Assembly (NCBI GenBank): GCA_027460525.1
Contig: JAPZAS010000020.1
Span: 38,598 to 70,597, forward strand
Direction of reading: 5' to 3'
From: Candidatus Methanoperedens sp.
GTDB lineage: Archaea > Halobacteriota > Methanosarcinia > Methanosarcinales > Methanoperedenaceae
Length of the DNA: 32,000 bases
Below are positions 25,794-32,000 of the stretch, in pieces (position 1 is the first letter of the stretch; each line of letters opens with the position of its first letter). The notes beneath the pieces are model-generated. The model was not told the origin of the DNA, did no database searches, and saw only the letters and a list, made by a program, of their open reading frames with translations. A program made the translations under genes and the position numbers.

Positions 25794-26126
25794 TTATTTC
25801 TTTCTTTTCGGTTTCCTAGCAAACATTTTGAGAATTTGCGAACTGGCGAGCCAGACTAAAGCAAGACCCGCTATTACCATGACCTGTCTAATTGTTAAAA
25901 GGTCGTAAAATTCATGAGGAATTCCAAGAATATCGCTGAAAAAATGGGTTGCATCACAAAAAATCCCTGATAAAAGAATCAAAGACCCGAAAGTTAAGAG
26001 GTACGGGGAGAGAAAAGATAACAATAATAGAGTTGGAAGGGATATTGTTTTTTTATTTTTATATATGTATATTATAGTGAAACAAATTCCAATCAAGGAA
26101 CTTGTCGTTATTAAATTAATTTGCAT
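25794..26126 (-). CDS. Small membrane protein (hypothetical)
   Basis: The 110-aa track ORF has three clearly hydrophobic segments and a basic C-terminal tail (KPKRKK). No family was recognised. Confidence 0.4.
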   Translation of the reverse strand: MQINLITTSSLIGICFTIIYIYKNKKTISLPTLLLLSFLSPYLLTFGSLILLSGIFCDATHFFSDILGIPHEFYDLLTIRQVMVIAGLALVWLASSQILKMFARKPKRKK

Positions 26127-26255
26127 TATTCATGAATGTTCTATGAACACATCCATAACTCTTATGACCATATGATTAGCATAACTAATATAATCATTTT
26201 TTTAATTATTAAACCAAGTCTGTCCCCTACTTCTACAACCTTGATTGAGCTGAAC

Positions 26256-26453
26256 TCATGATTTGGTAACTATCTCCCTCCGTTCTTCTAAAATATAAAG
26301 CATTGCTATAATTGTACCAAAAATACAACCTATAATAATAGCAATAAAACCATCCAAAGCAAAACCCAATAGTCCACCACCAATCATACCAGTTAAGATT
26401 ATACCAACGTTATCATTTTTTATATTAGACAATATAGGGTTCTTCATTAGCAT
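26256..26453 (-). CDS. Small membrane protein (hypothetical)
   Basis: The 65-aa track ORF has a Gly-rich pair of TM segments (GIILTGMIGGGLLGFALDGFIAIIIGCIFGTIIAML). Confidence 0.35.
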   Translation of the reverse strand: MLMKNPILSNIKNDNVGIILTGMIGGGLLGFALDGFIAIIIGCIFGTIIAMLYILEERREIVTKS

Positions 26454-26556
26454 ATTGTATATACAATACTCTTATTTAAAGATTATCATAATGCTAATCA
26501 TTATGATATTTTTCCTAAATTCCCGTTGAATTAATGCCGACGGTCAATTATTCTAT

Positions 26557-26960
26557 ATGTGCCAAGACGTGCGCCACCCTCAGCACGCCCCCCACAGGGT
26601 GCAGGACAAGCCCGAATCTGCCTGCGGGCGGACGGCGTCCTTAGTGTGGGTGGCTGGGCGACAGTCCTGCGCTCCAGTGGGTGCTCAGACAGTCGCGGTT
26701 AATTGTGTTTTCATTCATCAAAAGCACGCTCCGCAAGGGCAACGTATCGCCGTTGCATCACTCAACCTACTTTTTGACAGCGCCAAAAAGATAGCAAAAC
26801 GCGCAGAACGACGTATCAGGATAGCCCCTTCAGGACAGTTTATCCCATAGTGGTTAGAAGAGTATGCCTCTGAGGCATCCATTTAACGTTGAAATATCGA
26901 AAGGCTGCTGCGCTTTAACGCGGTAGCAGTTTACCTGCTCTCATGAGTTCGTTCTCATGT
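26557..26960. ncRNA. GC-rich non-coding island, candidate structured RNA of unknown class
   Basis: This is a sharp GC-rich block inside AT-rich intergenic DNA. There is no plausible ORF; the 97-aa plus-strand ORF looks non-protein-like and no minus-strand ORF was seen. Several local stems were read directly: GCAGG...CCTGC (about 26598-26622), GCAACG-TATCGC-CGTTGC (26739-26756), ATGCCTC-T-GAGGCAT (26864-26878) and GCCACCC/GGGTGGC. The strand is undetermined. Confidence 0.35.
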
Positions 26961-27183
26961 TCTCATGGTCAAGAAAGATGCCTAAACAAACTCCTAAAAC
27001 TTAAAACCTTCAGCCTTATTTTTCTTTGGAGAATAAACTTAATAGTATGAAAATAATAAAAGCTACAAAAATAGGTAAATTATTTTCCCAAAGATAATTT
27101 AAGATACCATAAAAATTATAAATTAAGGCTATAATAATAACCACAAAAACTATGATACCTACTATCTCAGAAGGTTTACGCAC
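26941..27183 (-). CDS. Small membrane protein (hypothetical, 80 aa)
   Basis: This ORF is not in the supplied track. I checked by hand that no stop falls in this frame between the GTG at 27183 and the TGA at 26941-26943. The N-terminus is VRKPSEIVGIIVFVVIIIALIYNFYGILNYLWENNLPIFVAFYYF, which gives two TM segments. The 3' end overlaps the tail of the GC-rich island. Confidence is low. Confidence 0.25.
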
Positions 27184-27231
27184 ACAGAAATAATTGTGTT
27201 TATGATATTTAAATATTTGGAATGAACAGCT

Positions 27232-27534
27232 TTAGTGTGTATTTTGAGGAATGTGTCTTTTGTGTTTTAAATCTTGAATAATTAACTCCATAGATTTCAC
27301 ATCAGTCACTTGCTTTTTCCTGCCAAATTTCTTTAATGGTATCGGTTCATGGTGTTTTAACCAATGTGACCATACTCTCTTTACAGTGGATTTACATATT
27401 TTCATGTCCACTGCAATGTTTTTGTTACTGTCATTTCTCGTTTTGGCACGAATAATGTAACTTATCTTTTTCTTGGTTAATTTTATCACCTTATTTCGTT
27501 TTCCCATGCCAGGAAGATGGGGATATAAAGCCAA
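27232..27534 (-). CDS. Orphan HTH-domain protein, probably an IS transposase N-terminal / orfA remnant
   Basis: MGKRNKVIKLTKKKISYIIRAKTRNDSNKNIAVDMKICKSTVKRVWSHWLKHHEPIPLKKFGRKK is a basic HTH of the kind found at the N-terminus of IS630/IS1-like transposases. No catalytic domain or terminal inverted repeats were found nearby. Confidence 0.4.
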   Translation of the reverse strand: MALYPHLPGMGKRNKVIKLTKKKISYIIRAKTRNDSNKNIAVDMKICKSTVKRVWSHWLKHHEPIPLKKFGRKKQVTDVKSMELIIQDLKHKRHIPQNTH

Positions 27535-27630
27535 AGGTTTCGGGACTATACAGATATTTTGTGAAGTCTGTTAGTATCCAAAAAGAAATCACCTGGTCTC
27601 AGGTGACAGCACTGAAAGATAAGGAATTAG

Positions 27631-28470
27631 CTAAAACAAATACAGAGTCCATAAAATTACACCCGTCAATAATAAAGCAATCTCTCCACCTGATAAACCT
27701 ATTCTCATTTCAAGTCCAAGTTGTTCTTTTTTCCAATAATCATTTAACGTTTTTTGGACAAATACCAGCAATGGAATATATAATAAATTTACAAGAAAAA
27801 ATAAACCAGCTAAATTCTCGGATCTCACAACTGCAAACGAAACAATATACACGAATATGAAGCCAAATGTAATACTTCCTGGGGACGAATAAGCTTTACA
27901 TCCAGCTTGTAAAGCAAAGTCTCTAATATCTTTTAATTGCTCATAAATTAGGAAAATAGCAACTATAGGTACAAATAATCCCACAGTCCTCCAACCAGGG
28001 CTTATATCCAAATTTCTGTGAATTTTTAAGTGCTTCCAATTACGATAAAACCAATACCATGAATATATAGTAAAAGTAAAAATCAATAGAAGAGTCAGTT
28101 TCCAAAGAGCTTGAGCATTTGAATATTGCTGGTCTTGTGTCCGCTTACCCTCTATTTCTATCGAAGATCTAATAGGAGTTACATCTTCTGATTCTTTCCC
28201 CCTAAATATTTTTAGCTCTTCATCGAGCTTTTTGACCTTGTCAACAAGCGGTTTCCTAAGTTCTTCATATTCTTCATCAAGTAGGTCTCCAGAAGAATAA
28301 TTTTTTTCAAGATCTTTGATTTTTGAGATTATTTCAGTCCTCTCTTTTTTTAATTCTCCAGTTTTATCGGTAGATTCTTGAGTTTTCCCTATTTCATTAG
28401 ATAATTCAGATTTTTCTTGTTTTTCTTTTTCAATCCAAGCCGTATTATCACCACCGATGAGATAAACAAC
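27631..28470 (-). pseudogene. SHOCT-like plus DUF4234-like membrane protein gene with no usable start (probably 5'-truncated)
   Basis: The track ORF 27631..28086 starts at a TTG. The same frame stays open for 128 more codons up to a TAG at 28471-28473, with no ATG, GTG or TTG in that stretch. The extension is a charged coiled-coil that includes GDLLDEEYEELRKPLVDKV (SHOCT-like). The C-terminal part is a 4-TM YWFYRNWKHL-type membrane domain. Confidence 0.5.
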
Positions 28471-28510
28471 CTAAGGTTTATTCTGTATAAAAGGTATCCT
28501 TTTTATTTAC

Positions 28511-28594
28511 TAACCTGCGCCTGATTAAAAACACAGAATTCCAGCAAACCGCCAGAGATGCCAAACCCTCGAGCATCAGCGCCCTGATGCATCG
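28511..28594 (+). repeat. Intergenic repeat element, copy a (about 80 bp, hairpin-bearing)
   Basis: The sequence is TAACCTGCGCCTGATTAAAAACACAGAATTCCAGCAAACCGCCAGAGATGCCAAACCCTCGAGCATCAGCGCCCTGATGC. It aligns with copies b and c and ends in the stem GCATCAG/CTGATGC. Confidence 0.7.
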
Positions 28595-28694
28595 GAATTC
28601 ATTCCGGTCGTTCGTAACTTTTTAACTATAAATAAAAAATGGGCGCAATATCTTAATATTTGAAACCCTATCTATCTAACAGGAAGTAACAGAC

Positions 28695-28916
28695 ATGGAA
28701 AAATTACATCTGCCAATTATAATTGAAATGGACGAAGATGGTTATTACATAGTAAGTTGCCCTGTATTCAAAGGTTGCCATTCCTACGGTGAAACTATAG
28801 ACGAGGCACTGGAGAACATAAAAGAAGTCATAGAGATGTGCCTCGAAGAGACCAAGGTCGAAGAGTTAAATAAATTTGTAGGGTTTAGAGAACTGGAAGT
28901 TGCTCAGAATGCCTAA
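28695..28916 (+). CDS. hicB: HicB-family antitoxin (UPF0150)
   Basis: LPIIIEMDEDGYYIVSCPVFKGCHSYGETIDEALENIKEVIEMCLEE is the typical HicB N-terminal domain. It overlaps hicA. Confidence 0.8.
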   Translation: MEKLHLPIIIEMDEDGYYIVSCPVFKGCHSYGETIDEALENIKEVIEMCLEETKVEELNKFVGFRELEVAQNA

Positions 28917-29157
28917 ACTTCCTGTATTCAAAGGCAAAGAACTTATAAAGTTCTTAGAATATTTAGGCTTTCAAGTTACCAGAACTAAAGGTTCTCATTC
29001 AAGATTGAAATCAGAAGACGGAAGGGCGACCAGCGTTCCTGTGCATGGAAATAAGGATATCCCTAAAGGGCTTTTGCGCAAGATAATACGGGAAGATCTG
29101 GAAATGAGTTTAGAGGAATTTACTGAACTGTATTCAAAATACAGAGGAAATAAATAA
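28909..29157 (+). CDS. hicA: HicA mRNA interferase toxin
   Basis: MPKLPVFKGKELIKFLEYLGFQVTRTKGSHSRLKSEDGRATSVPVHGNKDIPKGLLRKIIREDL is the HicA/YcfA pattern with the GSH motif. The ATG at 28909 is preferred over the TTG at 28900. Confidence 0.8.
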   Translation: MPKLPVFKGKELIKFLEYLGFQVTRTKGSHSRLKSEDGRATSVPVHGNKDIPKGLLRKIIREDLEMSLEEFTELYSKYRGNK

Positions 29158-29175
29158 AAACTGTTTTTTGAAGGA

Positions 29176-29254
29176 AATCCTGCGCCTGAAAAGAAAAGCA
29201 AAAGCCCAAAAACTGATAAGATGTCTAAACCATGAGCATCCGCTCCGGGATGTT
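29176..29254 (+). repeat. Intergenic repeat element, copy b
   Basis: The sequence is AATCCTGCGCCTGAAAAGAAAAGCAAAAGCCCAAAAACTGATAAGATGTCTAAACCATGAGCATCCGCTCCGGGATG. The 3' stem is CATCCG/CGGGATG. The element's 3' end abuts the stop codon (29253-29255) of the truncated minus-strand hicA. Confidence 0.6.
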
Positions 29255-29387
29255 ACTTTTCTCCATGATTCCCTACTCTGACCAAAGCGATATGACTGCC
29301 TTTACCCTTAATGGGCGCATAATCAAACCCTGCTTTAAGGAGACGTTTTATAATCTTATTTGATGAAACAGAAGGAAGTTTGCTCAC
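29253..29387 (-). pseudogene. Truncated HicA-like toxin (44 codons)
   Basis: I read this ORF myself. The GTG at 29387 overlaps the hicB stop (GTGA). The translation is VSKLPSVSSNKIIKRLLKAGFDYAPIKGKGSHIALVRVGNHGEK*. It contains the GSH motif but lacks the usual C-terminal 20-30 residues. Confidence 0.5.
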
Positions 29388-29629
29388 ACTGCCACACCAA
29401 TAGTAGAAGTGAATTTATTTGGCGAATGTAAGGATGCAGCAAAATCATTTAAAATTCCCAGAGCTTTGGCATTCTCAAGATATAATTCAACAGCCTCTTT
29501 CAGGTTAAGAAGAGCTTCTTCCGGCGTGTCACCCACACTGGCAACTTCAAGTTCAGGGCATTTTGAAACATAAACATTATCTTCCTGCCAGATTATAGCT
29601 GTAACATTTAATTTTTCCATACTTTTCAT
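29384..29629 (-). CDS. hicB: HicB-family antitoxin (second copy)
   Basis: VTAIIWQEDNVYVSKCPELEVASVGDTPEEALLNLKEAVELYLENA matches the HicB/UPF0150 pattern. Confidence 0.75.
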   Translation of the reverse strand: MKSMEKLNVTAIIWQEDNVYVSKCPELEVASVGDTPEEALLNLKEAVELYLENAKALGILNDFAASLHSPNKFTSTIGVAV

Positions 29630-29690
29630 ACTTATTGAAGGGTAATTCTTGTTATTAAATTTTTGGTTGAACTCTTTCCTGTTTTTAAAT

Positions 29691-29776
29691 ACCTAACATG
29701 CGCCTGAAAAGAAAAACAGAATTCCAGAAAACCGATAGAACAGCAAATCCCTGAGCATCATGGCCGGGATGCCAAA
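29691..29776 (+). repeat. Intergenic repeat element, copy c
   Basis: The sequence is TAACATGCGCCTGAAAAGAAAAACAGAATTCCAGAAAACCGATAGAACAGCAAATCCCTGAGCATCATGGCCGGGATGC. It is closest to copy a and ends in the stem GCATC/GATGC. Confidence 0.7.
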
Positions 29777-30065
29777 ATAGGGGCACGGATAAAACTATAA
29801 AGAGGAGCGTCTGGAGAAATAGACGTGCTCAAAGTTCTACATAAAATAAATTTTATAGCCTCGAATACCCTAAACCCAGGGAGTTTAATTGCCGAGTGAC
29901 TACATCAAGCATACTTGACGACCTCTTAGGCTAGAGCGAGAGCGCCAGCAATAAAAACCGTAAGTTATTAATAGTTTGTGGGGATGATACTAAAATAGTA
30001 GGGTTGGGTTACTCAGAAAATGCATCTAAGAGGATGCTATCATCCAGCTTTGAATAGGGGAGAAA

Positions 30066-31280
30066 ATGGTCCGGGATAAAATTTACAGAAGGCATGTCCT
30101 CAGAATAGCGATTGGAATTACCACTCTGGTATTATCGCTGGCGGGGGGAGCGAATGCGCAAAATATTATTAGCTCATGTACCACGATATCCTCACCAGGC
30201 GAATACGTGCTCAACACGAGCATAATTAACAGCGGTGCTCCGAGCTGCATTGATATAATATCAAGTAATGTTGTTTTTGACGGCGCGGGTTATACGATAG
30301 ATGGAATAGGGGGAATTAACACTAAAGGAGTGTTCGTTTCTAACTTCTCAATTGCGCTAACAAATGTAACTATAACAAATCTGACAGCAACACACTGGGA
30401 TTATGGCATCTACTACAGTAATACGGCAAACGGGAGCATAACTAATAACAATGCAAGCTTAAACATCAATACCGGAATCGCAATCGTCGCTTCAAGCAAC
30501 ATCACGCTGAACGGTAATAATGTCTCTAACAGTTTCAAAGGCATCGAAGTAGACTTTTCCAGCAACAATACGCTGAGTGGAAACAATGCAAGCATCGGTG
30601 GGATTTCCCTTATCTCTTCCAATAGCAACACGCTGAATAATAACGATGCAAGCATTGGTGGTATCTCAATCTCCTCTTCCAACAGCAACAATTTGAGTGG
30701 AAACAATGCAAGCTTCGGTGGGATTTCCCTTTCCACTTCCAAGAGCAACTACTTGAGTGGAAACAATGCAAGCATCGGTGGGATTTCCCTTATATATTCC
30801 AACAGCAACACGCTGAATAATAACGATGCAAACTCCTTTGACATAATCTCCCTCTTACAGTCCAACAACAATATGCTCTCAGGAAACAATGTCTCTGTTA
30901 GTAGCATCCAACCCCCCAATACGACGATGATAATCTCTGGAATCTTGCTCTATTCTTCTAACAACAACACACTCATCGGGAACAACATCTCAAACTTCTC
31001 GAACTCTTTTTTCCCCATTTTGCCTGGTGCCCAAACATCGGGAATCTTTATGGACTCATCCAGCGGCAACAACCTGAGCAGCAACAGTATCTCGAACAAC
31101 ACTTACGGCATCCTTATATCCGGTTCCAACAACAATAACCTGACCAATAACAATGTCTCAAACAACAACTACGGCATCGAACTAACCTCTTCCAGCAATA
31201 ACACCATCTACAACAACTACTTTAACAACACGATCAATGCTGTCGAAAAGTTAATTGAATTAGCTGAAAAAGGGGATTAG
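30066..31280 (+). CDS. Secreted right-handed beta-helix (PBH1/NosD-like) repeat protein without a recognisable C-terminal anchor
   Basis: It has an N-terminal signal or anchor (RIAIGITTLVLSLAGGANA). It also has many 22-residue turns (SGNNASIGGISLISSNSNTLNNNDA, repeated), encoded by 66-bp tandem DNA repeats at about 30580-30830. It ends in ...INAVEKLIELAEKGD, with no PGF-CTERM. Confidence 0.65.
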   Translation: MVRDKIYRRHVLRIAIGITTLVLSLAGGANAQNIISSCTTISSPGEYVLNTSIINSGAPSCIDIISSNVVFDGAGYTIDGIGGINTKGVFVSNFSIALTNVTITNLTATHWDYGIYYSNTANGSITNNNASLNINTGIAIVASSNITLNGNNVSNSFKGIEVDFSSNNTLSGNNASIGGISLISSNSNTLNNNDASIGGISISSSNSNNLSGNNASFGGISLSTSKSNYLSGNNASIGGISLIYSNSNTLNNNDANSFDIISLLQSNNNMLSGNNVSVSSIQPPNTTMIISGILLYSSNNNTLIGNNISNFSNSFFPILPGAQTSGIFMDSSSGNNLSSNSISNNTYGILISGSNNNNLTNNNVSNNNYGIELTSSSNNTIYNNYFNNTINAVEKLIELAEKGD

Positions 31281-31284
31281 TCCT

Positions 31285-31707
31285 ATGGAAAATCAGAAAT
31301 TCTGGATAAATACGATTTCAAAAGAACATGTGATGCTGGGCAAACAAAATGGGTTTGTGCAATCAGGTCATGGAAAACCAGCACCTTTAAAACGCTTAAA
31401 AAAAGGTGATCGAATAATATTTTATTCACCCAAAACATCCCTGGAAAATGGAGAACCCCTTAAATCATTTACCGCTATTGCCTCAATCATTGATGATAAA
31501 ATATATCAAGTAGAATTAAGTGATGATTTTAAACCATATCGAATAAATGCTCAATACGAGGATTGCAATGAAGTTAAAATTGAACCTTTAATTGAGAATT
31601 TAAATTTTATTAAAAATAAGAAATCATGGGGTTATATGTTCAAGTTTGGATTATTTAAAATTGATAAACGAGATTTTGATTTAATTTATTCAAAAATGAA
31701 AATTTAA
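31285..31707 (+). CDS. EVE / PUA-like domain protein (putative)
   Basis: The 140-aa product reads FWINTISKEHVMLGKQNGFVQSGHGKPAPLKRLKKGDRIIFYSPK...FTAIASI, which resembles small archaeal and bacterial EVE-domain proteins. The assignment is by pattern only. Confidence 0.45.
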   Translation: MENQKFWINTISKEHVMLGKQNGFVQSGHGKPAPLKRLKKGDRIIFYSPKTSLENGEPLKSFTAIASIIDDKIYQVELSDDFKPYRINAQYEDCNEVKIEPLIENLNFIKNKKSWGYMFKFGLFKIDKRDFDLIYSKMKI

Positions 31708-31825
31708 GGGAAGATTCCATCCAATAATTTCAAAGACATTATTACAGTTCTGGCCGAATGTTTAAATGATAAGACTAATCAAAATCCTAAGAAATTTGAA
31801 AATATACTACTTACAATTCAAATCG

Positions 31826-32000
31826 GCTTTAAGGAGACGTTTTATAATCTTATTTGATGAAACAGAAGGAAGTTTGCTCACACTGCCACACCAATAGTAG
31901 AAGTGAATTTATTTGGCGAATGTAAGGATGCAGCAAAATCATTTAAAATTCCCAGAGCTTTGGCATTCTCAAGATATAATTCAACAGCCTCTTTCAGGTT
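31826..32000. repeat. Perfect 175-bp direct repeat of 29332-29506 (second hicB copy plus a hicA 5' stub), cut off by the window end
   Basis: Base-by-base comparison shows identity at every position with an offset of 2494 bp. The segment includes the hicB 3' part (stop at 31878-31880, minus strand) and the first 18 hicA codons (GTG through LLKA). After those, the frame continues into non-homologous sequence for six more codons before a stop. Confidence 0.9.

Noticed and set aside
26655-26690. A resemblance between GCGACAGTCCTGCGCTCCAGTGGG and the RNase P RNA CR-I region (GAGGAAAGUCCGGGCUCCA).
   Set aside because: The universally conserved GGAAAGUCC core is not intact; the sequence reads ACAGUCC. 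I could not find a matching CR-V (ACAGAA...GGCUUA) in the correct order. It is flagged only as something an Infernal scan would settle.
26557-26850. A 97-aa plus-strand ORF (MCQDVRHPQHAPHRVQDKPESACGRTAS...) in the GC-rich island.
   Set aside because: Its composition is Arg/Ala/Pro/His/Gln-rich, as expected for an open frame in GC-rich non-coding sequence. It has no SD and no motif. I treat the region as a candidate RNA instead.
26944-26953. GAGTTCGTT, matching the 17299-17329 tandem repeat unit.
   Set aside because: A single 9-mer match in 32 kb (both strands) is within chance expectation.
28511-29776. The idea that the three 80-bp elements are integron attC sites, making this an archaeal integron cassette array.
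   Set aside because: There is no integrase gene in the window. I could not find the R'' / R' core pair (RYYYAAC / GTTRRRY), and only three copies exist here. The observation is kept as an unclassified repeat.

Overview
The window looks like an archaeal chromosomal segment, probably Methanosarcinales-like. That is an inference from a PGF-CTERM sorting signal, Shine-Dalgarno-led genes, and a 37-nt CRISPR repeat ending in ATTGAAAC. No database search was possible, so every call rests on reading the sequence and the ORF translations.

Layout:
- 1-9.3 kb: housekeeping and surface genes. These are a partial ABC1 kinase, a phasin-like protein, two radical-SAM proteins, an EamA transporter, methionine aminopeptidase, a wHTH regulator, a TIM-barrel isomerase, two secreted surface proteins and ThiI.
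- 9.6-23.0 kb: a complete type I-B CRISPR-Cas locus. It has a divergent Csa3-like CARF-wHTH regulator, then cas8b (with a probable internal cas11), cas7, cas5 and cas3. A 680-bp repeat-filled spacer region follows, then cas6, an MNT/HEPN toxin-antitoxin pair, cas1, cas2, cas4, the leader, and a 24-repeat / 23-spacer array.
- 23.1-25.5 kb: a nucleoside 2-deoxyribosyltransferase-like gene, a DUF488 gene and glutamate dehydrogenase.
- 25.8-32.0 kb: an AT-rich accessory island. It holds small membrane proteins, a roughly 400-bp GC-rich non-coding island, an IS-like HTH remnant, a start-less SHOCT/membrane ORF, two hicBA modules, a beta-helix surface protein and an EVE-domain protein.

Most interesting observations:
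1. The AT-rich interference cassette (cas8b to cas3) differs in composition from cas6 and the adaptation genes. It is bracketed by inverted copies of a composite repeat made of a C/G-tract plus three 10-bp iterons.
2. The cas3-cas6 gap contains two degenerate tandem copies of the cas6 5' end. One of them keeps an in-frame 50-codon mini-cas6.
3. The iteron motif also appears just past the distal end of the array.
4. An approximately 80-bp hairpin-bearing element occurs three times around the hicBA cassettes, next to truncated genes.
5. A 175-bp perfect direct repeat brackets the beta-helix and EVE segment.
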